A stretch of DNA of 64,000 nt from Candidatus Saccharimonadales bacterium (GCA_035717985.1 DASTHW010000005.1:28989-92988), one strand, 5' to 3'. Positions 9,609 to 20,064 are shown, counted from the stretch's first letter. Program-made: numbers and translations. Notes: generated by a model not told the origin, from the sequence alone.

Positions 9609-10129
9609 GACCTAATCCGATACTTAGAAAATTCGTTAAATTCTTTGGAGCAGGCCTAGGCGCCCTAATTTTAATCTACATCGTTTTCTTTTTATTTACG
9701 CACAATCCGCTTAGAAACCCAGCGCAAGAAAAATTCAAACCGATTGGCGATGGGCTCAAAAAAATAGGCGCTCAGCAGATTTGCGATAATGGCGACAGCG
9801 GGAAGGGTATTGATAATACGGTACCCTGGTACCAAGTTTATTATTCAGCCCCACAAAGCACCGCTACCGAGAACCAAGTAAAATTTTTTGCGGCCAATGC
9901 TGGGTATACTCTAATACCTGATGTTCATACTAAGCATCAAGTAGCGGGTTTGAATGGCTATAAAAATACTACTTTTCTAAAGTCCAAGAATAATCAACTG
10001 ACCGTCAGTATTGTACCTCCAGGTGACTCGGATAATTTGTACTGCTCAAATGTTAAGAATTATGGTCAAGCAAAGACTGCGCAAAAAAATGAGGTGCTTC
10101 TAGACTTCAGGATAACTTTACCAGGCTAA
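9605..10129 (+). CDS. hypothetical membrane-anchored protein
   Basis: ATGA overlap with murJ and one N-terminal TM segment. No family recognised. Confidence 0.5.
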   Translation: MRPNPILRKFVKFFGAGLGALILIYIVFFLFTHNPLRNPAQEKFKPIGDGLKKIGAQQICDNGDSGKGIDNTVPWYQVYYSAPQSTATENQVKFFAANAGYTLIPDVHTKHQVAGLNGYKNTTFLKSKNNQLTVSIVPPGDSDNLYCSNVKNYGQAKTAQKNEVLLDFRITLPG

Positions 10130-10163
10130 TTATAAGCCATTACCTCTGTTATAATCTAGATTA

Positions 10164-11942
10164 ATGGATCAAGAACACATTAGGAATTTCTGCATTATTG
10201 CGCATATTGATCATGGCAAGAGTACGCTGGCTGACCGCCTGCTGGAGCTAACCGGAACGGTAGAAAAACGCCAGATGAAAGCCCAAGTTCTGGACCGCAT
10301 GGAGCTGGAGCGCGAGCGAGGCATTACTATCAAGCTGGCGCCCGTACGGATGAACTATAAAGGTTACGAGCTGAATCTGATTGATACGCCCGGGCACGTC
10401 GATTTTTCCTACGAGGTCAGCCGAAGCCTGGAAGCGGTTGAGGGCGCTATTTTGGTGGTGGACGCCAGCCAGGGCATCCAGGCTCAAACTCTAGCCAATG
10501 TTTATTTGGCGATGGAAGCTGACTTAAAAATCATCCCGGTTATGAATAAAATTGATCTTCCAGCCGCCGACCCGGACCGGGTAGCCGCCGAAATTATTAG
10601 CCTGCTGAACTGCAAGCGCGGGGATATTCTGCAGGTTAGTGCTAAAACCGGGCAGGGTGTAGACCAACTGCTGGAGCGGATTATTAACGATGTACCGGTG
10701 CCCAATGGTAGCCAAAACGCACCTGCCCGAGCCTTAATTTTTGATAGTTATTATGATGATTACCGAGGCGTGATTTTATATCTGCGGGTAGTTGACGGCC
10801 AAATTAATCAAAATAACCAGATAAAAATGATGGCCGCCGAGGCCGGCGGGGCGGCCCTTGAAGTTGGCTCGCTAAGCCCCGCTATGAATCCGGCCAGTAG
10901 CCTTAGCGCCGGCGAAGTGGGCTATGTTGTTACCAACCTTAAAACTACCCGCCAGGCTAAAGTAGGCGATACCGTAACGCTGGCTGACCGGCCAGCCGAG
11001 AAAGCTCTGCCGGGTTACCGCAATGTTACCCCATTTGTTTACGCCGGCTTTTTTCCGGATAGTCACGAGAATTATCCGCTCCTAAAAGACGCCGTGGAGC
11101 GCTTATCTTTAAGCGACAGCGCCCTGCAGTTCGTGCCGGAAAACTCACCGGTGCTGGGCTTTGGCTTTCGGATTGGCTTTTTGGGGTTACTTCATATGGA
11201 TATCGTCAAAGAAAGACTGACCCGTGAGTATAGCCTAGATTTAATTGTTACCAACCCTAGCACCGACTATAAGATTAAAACCACAAAAGGCAACGAGCTA
11301 GATATTAAATCGGCCGCCGAACTGCCTGATATGAGCGAGGTGGAGCTGATTGCCGAACCCTGGGTTAAGGGCGAAATTGTCTTACCGAGCCAGTACGTTG
11401 GCGCCATTTTACAGCTGGTAGTCGGTGCCCGGGGTGCCCAAAAGCACATTAGCTACATCGATGATTTGGCGGTCATTGATTTCGAGGCGCCTCTAGCCAA
11501 CCTACTGACCGATTTTTACGACCAGCTTAAATCATTAACTTCTGGCTACGGCTCGTTTAATTACGAATTAGCCGATTACCGGCCGGAAGATCTAGTTAGA
11601 CTAGATTTTTATGTGGCCGGCGAACGTATAGACGCTCTAGGCATCATGGCTCACCGCCGGGAGGCCGAGCGGCTGGCCCGCTCAATGGTAGCTAAACTGA
11701 AAGAAGTCATTCCCCGGCAAAACTTTAAGGTAGCTCTGCAGGCCGGCATTGGTGGCAAGTTTATCGCCCGCGAAGACATCAGTGCTTACCGCAAAGATGT
11801 AACAAGCGGACTATACGGCGGCGACGTATCGCGTAAGAAAAAAGTGCTGGCTAAACAGAAACGCGGCAAAGAACGGATGAAAAAATTCGGCCGCGTTGAT
11901 ATCCCGGCTGAAGCCTTTGCCGTAATGCTCAAAAGGGATTAG
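10164..11942 (+). CDS. lepA: translation elongation factor 4
   Basis: IRNFCIIAHIDHGKSTLADRLL, DTPGHVDF, NKIDL GTPase motifs, and the LepA-type C-terminus ...GKERMKKFGRVDIPAEAF. Confidence 0.95.
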   Translation: MDQEHIRNFCIIAHIDHGKSTLADRLLELTGTVEKRQMKAQVLDRMELERERGITIKLAPVRMNYKGYELNLIDTPGHVDFSYEVSRSLEAVEGAILVVDASQGIQAQTLANVYLAMEADLKIIPVMNKIDLPAADPDRVAAEIISLLNCKRGDILQVSAKTGQGVDQLLERIINDVPVPNGSQNAPARALIFDSYYDDYRGVILYLRVVDGQINQNNQIKMMAAEAGGAALEVGSLSPAMNPASSLSAGEVGYVVTNLKTTRQAKVGDTVTLADRPAEKALPGYRNVTPFVYAGFFPDSHENYPLLKDAVERLSLSDSALQFVPENSPVLGFGFRIGFLGLLHMDIVKERLTREYSLDLIVTNPSTDYKIKTTKGNELDIKSAAELPDMSEVELIAEPWVKGEIVLPSQYVGAILQLVVGARGAQKHISYIDDLAVIDFEAPLANLLTDFYDQLKSLTSGYGSFNYELADYRPEDLVRLDFYVAGERIDALGIMAHRREAERLARSMVAKLKEVIPRQNFKVALQAGIGGKFIAREDISAYRKDVTSGLYGGDVSRKKKVLAKQKRGKERMKKFGRVDIPAEAFAVMLKRD

Positions 11943-11987
11943 TGTCCATTTTTAAAGCCAAATGCTTTACAATTATTTTAAACGCTT

Positions 11988-13166
11988 ATGTTAAAGAGGT
12001 ATAAACTTACACCGCAGTCGCTGACAACTATAGTTGTCATTTTGATAATTATTATCGGCGTGCCGCTACTCGCTTGGCATACCCGGACTAAAAAACAAAA
12101 CGTCTCTACCTCTCCCCGTCTAGTACTGGCTGACCCAAGCAAAGGGCAGTTTTATTTAGCTAGCGCCAGCGGCAAGCAGTTAAATAAATATAGCTCCGCC
12201 AAAGGCAATCTGCTTAGCTGGCTAGCTAGTGACGTAAATGGCGATATGTTGTTATCTCAGGGCGCTAACCCGCCGGGCCAAGAGGTGTTAATAGTTGAAA
12301 ATGGTAAACTACAGCATCTAAGTTCAGCCGCCAGCCAGTCTTTAGCTAAAGTTTTAAATGACTCCGGTATTTACTTTGTTGATCAAAATTCTGTTTTGGC
12401 GGTTATTTGCCCCGATGCCAAAACTGACTGCGCACTGGACAGCATTAATTTAGTGAATGGTAATAAAACAACCATCATGGAGCTGGGCATTAAACAGACT
12501 ACGCCGCCCTTTTTGCCGGTTAATTTAATGGGCTACTCTGCGGACGATAAAACAGCTTATCTATGGGTAAACGGTCACAATAAACTGGGCCAGTTAGATA
12601 ACGGAATTTATCAGATTGACACTTCAGCCAAAAAAGTTACGGCCAGCTATAGCGTACCGGCAGAATCGGCTTTTTCAGCTAGGTTGTCGCCCGATTATCA
12701 GACCTTGGCCTATCAACAAGTTGGCTCCGGCGGCAAAGATACTATTCACTTACTAAATCTAGTTTCCGGCAAAGACAAAAAAGTGGTTTACAATCTTGGC
12801 GGCCTGCCGGATAGCGCCATCAATTGGTCGCCGGACAGCAGTAAACTGCTGATTCAAAGCCAGTCCGTTTTATTACCGGCTAGCATGAGTGCTAGCCCAA
12901 GCCCCATAAAATCAGTTTTGGTCAATGCGCTCAGCGGCAAAGCTCAGCAGATTTATCAAATAGCCGACAGCCGTTATGATCAACTAGCCTACCAAGGCTG
13001 GTTGGATAGCGGCAGTGTAATTTATCAAACCAAAAAAACTACTACGGCTAATGACTTTAACAGCGCGCCGGCGGTAACTACGGTTTTAAATATTTCAAAT
13101 CAAAAAGCGAGTAATCTCAAAGTGCCAGCCGGCGATTTAATTCAAGTTTTCCAGCAGGCGAATTAA
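11988..13166 (+). CDS. hypothetical periplasm/surface protein, possible beta-propeller (PD40-like)
   Basis: N-terminal TM segment. LSPDYQTLAY and WSPDSSKLL motifs resemble TolB-type WD40-like repeats. Confidence 0.5.
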   Translation: MLKRYKLTPQSLTTIVVILIIIIGVPLLAWHTRTKKQNVSTSPRLVLADPSKGQFYLASASGKQLNKYSSAKGNLLSWLASDVNGDMLLSQGANPPGQEVLIVENGKLQHLSSAASQSLAKVLNDSGIYFVDQNSVLAVICPDAKTDCALDSINLVNGNKTTIMELGIKQTTPPFLPVNLMGYSADDKTAYLWVNGHNKLGQLDNGIYQIDTSAKKVTASYSVPAESAFSARLSPDYQTLAYQQVGSGGKDTIHLLNLVSGKDKKVVYNLGGLPDSAINWSPDSSKLLIQSQSVLLPASMSASPSPIKSVLVNALSGKAQQIYQIADSRYDQLAYQGWLDSGSVIYQTKKTTTANDFNSAPAVTTVLNISNQKASNLKVPAGDLIQVFQQAN

Positions 13167-13186
13167 AAGTCTTATAATAGCTTTAA

Positions 13187-13867
13187 GTGACAAAAGCTGA
13201 TTTTCTGAGGCAGTTTCCTCAGCTGGTTAAAAATTACCAGCCGACTAGCGCTGTCGCTCAGCAGATTAAACAGGTTAGTCTGCTGATAATTATCGGCGCT
13301 TCGGGTGTTGGTAAAACTAGCTTAATTCAAAAACTCGATTTGCCGTTTGTGCCGTCAGACGTTACCCGGGCTCCCCGGCCAGGAGAGCAGGAAGGCCGAG
13401 ACTTTTATTTTCTAACTGATTATCAGCAAATTATGGCCGACATTAAAGCCGGAAAATTCGTACAAATTGCGATTAGTCCGGACGGCGAATTTTACGCCAG
13501 CCGGGCCAGCGCTTACCCACCTTCCGGCTGGGCAGTTCTGCCGGTAGTATCAACCGCCGTACCGGCCTTTAGGGCACTTGGTTTTGCTAAAACATTGTCT
13601 GCCTTCATTGTGCCGCCTAACTGGGATGAATGGATGAGGCGGATGGGCTCGCATAATTTAAGCGAAGATCAATTAAGCCGACGCCTGGCTGAAGCCCGAC
13701 GGTCATTTGATTTTGCCCTTACCGATCCAGATGTACATTTTATTTTAAATGACAAGCTAGACACCGCCACCGGCCAGTTAAAAGCAATGCTTAATGGTAA
13801 GATAGATAACAACAGAGAGGAAGCCGCTAAAGCTATAGCAAGAGAGCTTCTGGAGAAAATTAGGTGA
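13187..13867 (+). CDS. guanylate kinase-like protein
   Basis: P-loop GASGVGKTS and VTRAPRPGEQEGRDFYFL resemble the Gmk TTRxPRxGExxGxxYxF motif. Confidence 0.6.
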   Translation: MTKADFLRQFPQLVKNYQPTSAVAQQIKQVSLLIIIGASGVGKTSLIQKLDLPFVPSDVTRAPRPGEQEGRDFYFLTDYQQIMADIKAGKFVQIAISPDGEFYASRASAYPPSGWAVLPVVSTAVPAFRALGFAKTLSAFIVPPNWDEWMRRMGSHNLSEDQLSRRLAEARRSFDFALTDPDVHFILNDKLDTATGQLKAMLNGKIDNNREEAAKAIARELLEKIR

Positions 13868-14454
13868 AATCTCTTGATGGTTCACTAGTCAAAAAAAATA
13901 TTATTACTATCGCCGGCCGGCCGGGTAGCGGCAAATCTACCACTGCCAAAGCAGCAGCTCGGCAATTAGGTTTTGAGCATTTTTCATCAGGTGATTTTTT
14001 TAGGGAACTCGGTAAACAGAAAGGTATAGATGTCTTGCTGGCTAACGCTTCACCTGGCGTAACTGAAGAACTTGACCGCTTGGTAGATGGAAAACTCCGG
14101 GAAATTGGTGCTAAAGGCGATCGCATGGTTATTGACTCACGGACGGCATGGCACTGGATTCCTGGGTCTTTTAAGGTTTTTTTAAACCTAGATTTAGAAT
14201 CAGCGGCCCGGCGGATCTTAAATGAAATAAATGAAGAGCGCCAAAATAGTGAAAAAATCCATGAAAATCCTATTGACTATGCCAAAGCTTTAAAAAAGAG
14301 GCTAGACGCTGAAACCGAGAGGTATAAAGCTATTTACGGCATAGATCCTTATGAGATGAGCAATTATGACCTGGTAATTGATACGGAGTCCAATTCCATT
14401 GAACAAGTTATTGAGAAGGTTATCAATGAATTCTCAAATTGGCTTAAGCGATAA
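13864..14454 (+). CDS. cytidylate kinase-like NMP kinase
   Basis: IITIAGRPGSGKSTTAKAAARQLGFEHFSSGDFFR. ATGA-type overlap with the preceding kinase gene. Confidence 0.6.
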   Translation: MKSLDGSLVKKNIITIAGRPGSGKSTTAKAAARQLGFEHFSSGDFFRELGKQKGIDVLLANASPGVTEELDRLVDGKLREIGAKGDRMVIDSRTAWHWIPGSFKVFLNLDLESAARRILNEINEERQNSEKIHENPIDYAKALKKRLDAETERYKAIYGIDPYEMSNYDLVIDTESNSIEQVIEKVINEFSNWLKR

Positions 14455-14481
14455 TTGAACTAGATTAACTCCTTAGCAGTC

Positions 14482-14510
14482 TTGACAGCGGAGCGCTAAA
14501 AAAGTAAACT
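14482..14510 (+). promoter_or_regulatory. sigma-70-type promoter of the heat-shock operon
   Basis: TTGACA (14482-14487), 17-nt spacer, TAAACT (14505-14510). It overlaps the left arm of CIRCE. Confidence 0.5.
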
Positions 14511-14535
14511 AGCACTCAGAGTATTAGAGTGCTAA
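14509..14535 (+). promoter_or_regulatory. CIRCE operator (HrcA binding site)
   Basis: CTAGCACTC-agagtatta-GAGTGCTAA matches the consensus TTAGCACTC-N9-GAGTGCTAA at 17 of 18 arm positions. It lies 10 nt upstream of the hrcA ATG. Confidence 0.85.
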
Positions 14536-14544
14536 TAAGGTGAT

Positions 14545-15255
14545 ATGACAGATCGTCAGCAGGAAATTTTAGGCGCTATTATCGAGCAATATGCTGAGGT
14601 GGCTAGCCCAGTCGGTTCTAGCCTGCTAGCCAAACTATTTAATGTCTCCAGCGCCACAATCCGGGCCGAAATGGCCGAGCTGGAGCGGGCCGGCTACATC
14701 AGCCAGCCGCACACCAGTGCCGGCCGGGTACCGACCGACAAAGGCTACCGTTTTTACGTCAACCAACTGGCCGAAACTGGCGTTGTAAGTAAACTTAGTC
14801 AGCCCCGCGGCGAGCGGGCTCTAACGGCCCGGGTGGCCGGCGGCGGCTTGCCGGAGCAGACTATCCGAAATGCCGTAGATACATTGGTAGAGCTGACGCA
14901 TAATTTGGGGCTAGCCACCATTGGCGACCAGTTATATATGAGCGGTCTGTCAAACCTTTTCGGCCAGCCGGAGTTTGGCCACCCGGGCCAAGTCCAAGAG
15001 GTTGCGAGGCTTTTGGACAATCTGGAACCCTGGCTAGCCGAGGCCGCGCCGAATGAGCCGTTAAGCGTCTTTATAGGCCGCGAAAATCCGATTGGCCGCT
15101 CGGCCGGCGCTTCTTTAATAATCGGCCGTTTTCGGAGCCCGTTTTCAGATAAAAGTTATATTGGCGTGCTGGGCCCTACCCGCCAAAGCTATCGTCAGGT
15201 AATGGGCTTAGTTCAGCGGGCCGGCAAAACTCTGGAGGAGACACTTTATGGGTGA
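14545..15255 (+). CDS. hrcA: heat-inducible transcription repressor HrcA (short form, 236 aa)
   Basis: N-terminal wHTH RQQEILGAIIEQYAEVASPVGSSLLAKLFNVSSATIRAEMAELERAGYISQPHTSAGRVPTDKGYRFYV. C-terminal IGVLGPTRQSYRQVMGLV. Confidence 0.85.
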   Translation: MTDRQQEILGAIIEQYAEVASPVGSSLLAKLFNVSSATIRAEMAELERAGYISQPHTSAGRVPTDKGYRFYVNQLAETGVVSKLSQPRGERALTARVAGGGLPEQTIRNAVDTLVELTHNLGLATIGDQLYMSGLSNLFGQPEFGHPGQVQEVARLLDNLEPWLAEAAPNEPLSVFIGRENPIGRSAGASLIIGRFRSPFSDKSYIGVLGPTRQSYRQVMGLVQRAGKTLEETLYG

Positions 15256-15484
15256 AAGTTATGATCACTTGCCAGAGAATGTAGCCAAGGCTTATCCGGA
15301 TTTTGCTCATATGACTAAGGTTTACACCGAGGAGTTGGAAACAGCTCTTGATGAAATGGGGAGCCCTGCGAATCCGACCGGTGGCAGTGTAATTAATGCC
15401 GTCAAAAGGGCCAGAGAGAGGCTAGACAACGAAAGGTTTGAAGCCCAAGATGGCGGACAACCGGGAGATGCTTTCGATGTCTAA
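15248..15484 (+). CDS. small acidic hypothetical protein (78 aa)
   Basis: ATGGGTGA overlap with the hrcA stop and GGAGGAG upstream. Its end overlaps the grpE start by 8 nt. Contains a YPDF motif. Confidence 0.55.
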   Translation: MGESYDHLPENVAKAYPDFAHMTKVYTEELETALDEMGSPANPTGGSVINAVKRARERLDNERFEAQDGGQPGDAFDV

Positions 15485-15941
15485 AAAAATAGATCCGGCT
15501 GAGCTAGAGCAAAAACTTGCCGAGCTAACCGAGGCGCTACAACGTGAGCGGGCTGACTCTATCAATCTGCGCCGCCGGGTAGAGGAAGATAAAATCCGCC
15601 TAGCCAGTTTTTATAAGGCCAAAGTTATCCGCGAGCTTTTACCGGCGCTGGATAATCTAGAGCGGGCCTTAAAGCACGTCCCCAAAGACCTAACCGAGCA
15701 CGATTACGTCAAGGGCGTGCAAAGTGTGGCTAAGCAGTTTGAGCAAAATCTGGCGGCTCTGGGTGTCGAAAAAATCAGGACCGTCGGCGAAAAGTTTGAC
15801 CCCGATTTGCATGAGGCCATCCACATGGAAGATGGTGAAGGCGACCAAGAGATTGTGTCTGAAGAGCTCCAGCCGGGTTATAAAATCGGTGATGAAGTTA
15901 TCCGCCACGCTGTAGTTAAAGTCAAAATGGAGAAGAAATAA
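15477..15941 (+). CDS. grpE: nucleotide exchange factor GrpE
   Basis: LQRERADSINLRRR...LLPALDNLERAL...FDPDLHEAI. I prefer the ATG at 15477 (GGGAG upstream) over the track start at 15438. Confidence 0.9.
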   Translation: MSKKIDPAELEQKLAELTEALQRERADSINLRRRVEEDKIRLASFYKAKVIRELLPALDNLERALKHVPKDLTEHDYVKGVQSVAKQFEQNLAALGVEKIRTVGEKFDPDLHEAIHMEDGEGDQEIVSEELQPGYKIGDEVIRHAVVKVKMEKK

Positions 15942-16234
15942 TGGGCGAAATTTTTCACGAACAGCGCGAAAGACATGATTATTTAGATGAGCCGGAGATT
16001 TCAGAAGTAGCCCTGCGCTCGACTGTAATTCAGATCCTAGATTCTGGGCGCTCGCCCGAAGATCAATCAGCTCTAATTGATGAGGCCAAGGCAGAGTCTA
16101 TCCGGTTCGGGCTGGATAGCTTTAGGGCAGACAGGATTCACCAAGACGCCCTAACAACTAAGGCCATGCAAAACTTGAACTCGGACCTAATGGCTAGAAT
16201 CCGAGAGATAAAAGAAGACCAGGGGGAGGCATGA
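15941..16234 (+). CDS. small acidic hypothetical protein (97 aa)
   Basis: TAATG 1-nt overlap with the grpE stop. No family recognised. Confidence 0.55.
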   Translation: MGEIFHEQRERHDYLDEPEISEVALRSTVIQILDSGRSPEDQSALIDEAKAESIRFGLDSFRADRIHQDALTTKAMQNLNSDLMARIREIKEDQGEA

Positions 16235-16473
16235 AAGAAGTAATCTACACCATCGACGAACGACAACGGCTTAGGCGAGAGATGGAAATTTTTGCCATGG
16301 AAAGCGTAGCCAATTTAGGAATCGATGCCATTAAAAGACGCCGGCTAGAAGGAGCTGGCGACCAGCCGATCCAGCTGGAGGGCACTATTGACGGCGTTGA
16401 GTATTTTGTGTGGCTGGGGCCGGAAGGCTCGCAAGAAGAAGATTTTGTATTAATTGATAAAGAGGAAGGGTAA
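16231..16473 (+). CDS. small acidic hypothetical protein (80 aa)
   Basis: ATGA overlap with the preceding ORF, with GGGGGAGG directly upstream. Confidence 0.55.
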   Translation: MKEVIYTIDERQRLRREMEIFAMESVANLGIDAIKRRRLEGAGDQPIQLEGTIDGVEYFVWLGPEGSQEEDFVLIDKEEG

Positions 16474-16476
16474 ATA

Positions 16477-16704
16477 GTGGAAAGAAAACAAGACCAAGCA
16501 AGACAAACCGAAGACCGGATATCGCTAGCTGAGCGGGTGGCGGCTATGACACCGGACGAAATAAGCAGAATTGTACGCGGGCTAGGCCGCTCTACTATAA
16601 TTGGCCGGCAGGAAAATGGCCTGCCGATAACCGAAGCGAGCCTGATCATGGATGAAATTTTGAGACAGCAAAACTCAGCAAGAGCCGAGCAGGAGGCGGC
16701 TTAA
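16477..16704 (+). CDS. small hypothetical protein (75 aa)
   Basis: GTG start 3 nt after the previous stop, with GAGGAAGGG upstream. It ends 1 nt before the dnaK start. Confidence 0.5.
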   Translation: MERKQDQARQTEDRISLAERVAAMTPDEISRIVRGLGRSTIIGRQENGLPITEASLIMDEILRQQNSARAEQEAA

Positions 16705-16705
16705 A

Positions 16706-18655
16706 GTGGCAAAAATTATTGGAATCGACTTAGGAACTACCAACAGCGCTATGGCGGCAATGACCGCCGGCAAGCCAGAGATTATTGCAAATTCTGAGGG
16801 CAACCGGACTACGCCTAGCGTGGTAGCGATTAATAAAAACGGCGAGCGGCTGGTGGGCCAGGTAGCTAACCGCCAGCGCGTCACTAACCCGACTAATACT
16901 ATTTTTGGTGTTAAGCGTCTAATTGGCCGCAAATTTTCTGACGCCGAAGTTCAGCGCGACCTAGAGCTAATGCCGTATAAGATCGTCAAAGCCGGCACCG
17001 GCGTAAAGGTAGAAATGGCCGGCAAAGAGTACAGTCCGGAAGAAGTCAGCGCCATGATTTTATCTAAGCTAAAGGCTGACGCTGAAGCGTTTTTGGGCGA
17101 GCCGGTAACCGAAGCGGTAATCACCGTGCCGGCCTACTTTGACGATAGTCAGCGCCAAGCTACCAAAGACGCCGGTAAAATTGCCGGCCTAGAGGTTAAG
17201 CGGATCATCAACGAGCCTACGGCCGCGGCTTTGGCCTACGGCCTGGACAAGGGTAAAGAAGAGAAAATTGCCGTCTTTGACCTAGGCGGCGGTACTTTTG
17301 ATGTTTCGGTGCTTCAGCTGGGCGACAGCGTGTTTGAGGTGCTTTCAACCAACGGTGATACCCACCTGGGCGGCGAAGACTTTGACCTTAGAATCGTCAA
17401 CCATTTTGTAGAGCAGTTCAAAAAAGAAACTGGCATAGACGTAAAAGATGACAAGGCGGCTATGCAAAGGCTGAAAGAAGAAGCCGAAAAGGCCAAAAAA
17501 GAGCTATCTACTACTGAGACAGCTGACATTAACCTGCCATTTTTGACGGCCGACGCTGAGGGGCCCAAGCACTTTGAATATAAGCTGACCCGCTCCAAAT
17601 TAGTCGAGCTAGTTCAGGATTTAATCGATAAAACGCAGGAGCCAGTCCAAAAGGCGCTTAAAGACGCGCACCTAGAGGCCAAAGATATCAACGAAATCGT
17701 GCTGGTAGGCGGCATGACCCGCATGCCAGCCGTGGTTGATAAGGTAAAGCAGATTTTTGGTAAAGATCCTTTGCAGGGTGTTAACCCGGATGAGGTTGTT
17801 GCCGTTGGCGCCGCCATCCAGGCCGGCGTTCTCCAGGGTGATGTTAAAGACGTCCTTTTGCTGGACGTTACGCCTCTTTCACTTGGTATCGAGACTCTGG
17901 GCGGCGTGACTACCAAGCTAATTGAGCGTAATACCACCATCCCAACCAGCAAGAACGAGGTCTTTTCAACCGCCGCCGATAACCAAAACTCGGTAGAAAT
18001 CCATGTTTTGCAGGGCGAGCGTGACATGGCCGAGGGCAATAAGAGCCTGGGCCGCTTTGTGTTAGACGGCATCCCGCCGGCACCGCGTGGCGTACCGCAA
18101 ATTGAAGTCACCTTTAACATCGATGCCAACGGCATTTTAAATGTCACGGCCAAAGATAAAGGCACAGGCAAAGAGCAGTCCATCACTATCTCCGGCTCCG
18201 GCAATCTAAGCAAAGAAGACGTAGAGAAGGCCGCTAAAGAAGCTGAGGCTCACGCCGAAGAGGATAAGAAAAAGCGTGAGTTCGCCGAGGCTAAAAATAT
18301 GCTGGAGAATTCTGTCTACCAAGCCGAGAAAATGAAGACCGAGTACAAGGAAAAGCTGTCTGAAGACGACCTTAAAACTCTGGACGAGGCTGTGGCTGAA
18401 GCCAAAACTCACCTAGAGGCCACCGATAAAGACGAGCTGGAAAAAGCCGCCAAAGAGCTCTCCGATAAGCTGATGCCGATTGGCTCAAAGATGTACGAGT
18501 CGGCTAAGTCGGATTCCGTCGAAGAGGCGCAGTCGAGCGATGAAGATAAGAAGGAAAAAAAGTCCGGTAAAGACGAGCCCATCGAAGGCGAAGTAGTCGA
18601 CGACCCCGGTAAGAATTCTGCGAATTCTGACGGGGCAAGCAAGAAAGAAGAGTAA
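16706..18655 (+). CDS. dnaK: chaperone DnaK (Hsp70)
   Basis: [21 protein letters not shown] and [10 protein letters not shown] signatures. GTG start with AGGAGG 9 nt upstream. Confidence 0.97.
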   Translation: MAKIIGIDLGTTNSAMAAMTAGKPEIIANSEGNRTTPSVVAINKNGERLVGQVANRQRVTNPTNTIFGVKRLIGRKFSDAEVQRDLELMPYKIVKAGTGVKVEMAGKEYSPEEVSAMILSKLKADAEAFLGEPVTEAVITVPAYFDDSQRQATKDAGKIAGLEVKRIINEPTAAALAYGLDKGKEEKIAVFDLGGGTFDVSVLQLGDSVFEVLSTNGDTHLGGEDFDLRIVNHFVEQFKKETGIDVKDDKAAMQRLKEEAEKAKKELSTTETADINLPFLTADAEGPKHFEYKLTRSKLVELVQDLIDKTQEPVQKALKDAHLEAKDINEIVLVGGMTRMPAVVDKVKQIFGKDPLQGVNPDEVVAVGAAIQAGVLQGDVKDVLLLDVTPLSLGIETLGGVTTKLIERNTTIPTSKNEVFSTAADNQNSVEIHVLQGERDMAEGNKSLGRFVLDGIPPAPRGVPQIEVTFNIDANGILNVTAKDKGTGKEQSITISGSGNLSKEDVEKAAKEAEAHAEEDKKKREFAEAKNMLENSVYQAEKMKTEYKEKLSEDDLKTLDEAVAEAKTHLEATDKDELEKAAKELSDKLMPIGSKMYESAKSDSVEEAQSSDEDKKEKKSGKDEPIEGEVVDDPGKNSANSDGASKKEE

Positions 18656-18657
18656 CC

Positions 18658-19083
18658 ATGGAGCATGGCCATGGCGAAGGCCCTTCGGTAGATTTTATCC
18701 CTGAGAAACTGACTAAAAATCAGGGAATGACCCTGCTTTTGAGCAAGGCCCTAGAGTCTAAGCCGTGGCAAAGGCTGGAGGAAAAGCCTGACTTCGAAGA
18801 ACGAAGAGCGTCGGTTGACTTAGATGGTGGCACGGCTACTCTTAGCCAAAAGAGGAGGTTAGGAGATATTGATATCGCTAGCTCCGTCGAGTTACATGAC
18901 TGGACGCGCCGTGGAGCCGTAGATTTTAATCCGGGGGTAACAGAATTTGCACTAAACTGGACTTTAGAAGGCCGCAGTCTTAGTACGGATCCAGCGTTTA
19001 TGGCCGTGGCTTCAGTATTCTTAGAAGCCATCCAGGACGCAGGTATCCAAATAATGGGAGCTGACAGTGAAGAAAACCTCTAA
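18658..19083 (+). CDS. hypothetical protein (141 aa)
   Basis: The ATG lies 2 nt after the dnaK stop. No family recognised. Confidence 0.55.
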   Translation: MEHGHGEGPSVDFIPEKLTKNQGMTLLLSKALESKPWQRLEEKPDFEERRASVDLDGGTATLSQKRRLGDIDIASSVELHDWTRRGAVDFNPGVTEFALNWTLEGRSLSTDPAFMAVASVFLEAIQDAGIQIMGADSEENL

Positions 19084-19222
19084 CTTTTTGCGCTATGTAG
19101 TTTTGCCGGCGGTAGCAATGGGTGCCGGAGTAAAGCTGGGCATTAAATATGCCAAAGACCACTATGTAGTACGCGACCGCAAATTTATTGAAGGTAAAAC
19201 TATAGAGAAAGACAATGTCTGA
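19067..19222 (+). CDS. possible 51-codon micro-ORF with one hydrophobic segment
   Basis: Below the ORF-track size cutoff. GTG at 19067 has GGGAG 6 nt upstream. Hand translation gives VKKTSNFLRYVVLPAVAMGAGVKLGIKYAKDHYVVRDRKFIEGKTIEKDNV. It overlaps the preceding ORF by 17 nt and the next by 8 nt (ATGTCTGA), filling the only apparent gap in the operon. Confidence 0.35.
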   Translation: MKKTSNFLRYVVLPAVAMGAGVKLGIKYAKDHYVVRDRKFIEGKTIEKDNV

Positions 19223-19469
19223 ACTAGCAAATCTTGATTTAACAGAGGTATACCCGGACTTTCCGCCGATTGAAGAAAGGCTTAGCCGGGCTTACGCAGA
19301 TCCATATGTTCATGAGCGATTTTTGGAGATTAAGGCCGCCAGCGAAGTTGATAGGCCGGCTCTGCAGGCTCAATTGAATGCCTACTTAGCGGCGGCATAT
19401 GTATTATTCCCTGAAGAGTCGCAGATTATTCACGATTCACTAGAACAAACTAATTCTAATGCTGGCTAG
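19215..19469 (+). CDS. small acidic hypothetical protein (84 aa), YPDF / DPxV motif family
   Basis: The ORF shares a YPDF motif with the 78-aa ORF and a 24-residue block with the ORF at 20065. Confidence 0.55.
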   Translation: MSELANLDLTEVYPDFPPIEERLSRAYADPYVHERFLEIKAASEVDRPALQAQLNAYLAAAYVLFPEESQIIHDSLEQTNSNAG

Positions 19470-19487
19470 AGCTCCTGGAGATAGAAA

Positions 19488-19760
19488 GTGACCAGACCTA
19501 GATTCGAATTAGTTAGCAATGCCGGCAATCAGGCCGAGGTTGAGCGGGCTACCGAAAATATGCGGGCGCTTTTAAGCGGCACTCGCCCTAGCACGGCTCT
19601 AGAAGCCGATTTCGTGAGCCTTTACAGCGAGCTACTGGAGGCCTGCGGCTTTGATGAGCAAAAGGTCACCAGCATTTTAGATGACCTAACAAAAGTCGAA
19701 AGTACACGGCCACACTTGAGCTTGGCAAGTGAGGGCGAAATCGTTCGGGAGCAAATATGA
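19488..19760 (+). CDS. small acidic hypothetical protein (90 aa)
   Basis: GTG start with GGAGA upstream. ATGA overlap with cutA. Confidence 0.5.
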   Translation: MTRPRFELVSNAGNQAEVERATENMRALLSGTRPSTALEADFVSLYSELLEACGFDEQKVTSILDDLTKVESTRPHLSLASEGEIVREQI

Positions 19761-20064
19761 GTTATTGCCGGCTAGAGCTAACCTGCGCGGATAAAGGAGA
19801 GGCCGATAAAATTGCAAATACTTTACTGGTTAAGCATTTAGTAGCTTGCGCTAAACAAATCCCGGTAAAGTCTGATTACCGCTGGCAGGGTAAAATAGAG
19901 CGAGCAAGCGAGAATTTGGTAGTCATGGAAAGTAAATTAGAGCTATTCGATAAGGTTGAGAAGGAAGTAGTTAAGCTACACAGCTACGACACTTTTGTGC
20001 TAACGGCTATACCTTTAGCCAAAATCTCAACCAAAGCTGAAAAATGGCTAGCCAAGGAGCTAAG

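Noticed and set aside
16245-18672. Long antisense ORFs inside dnaK and neighbouring genes (16245..16649, 17314..17598, 17614..18213, 18206..18412, 18409..18672). Similar ones lie inside ftsH (45512..46198) and pilB (57427..58507).
   Set aside because: They sit entirely opposite strongly supported conserved genes. They are Ser/Arg/Leu-rich mirror-frame products with no SD or coupling.
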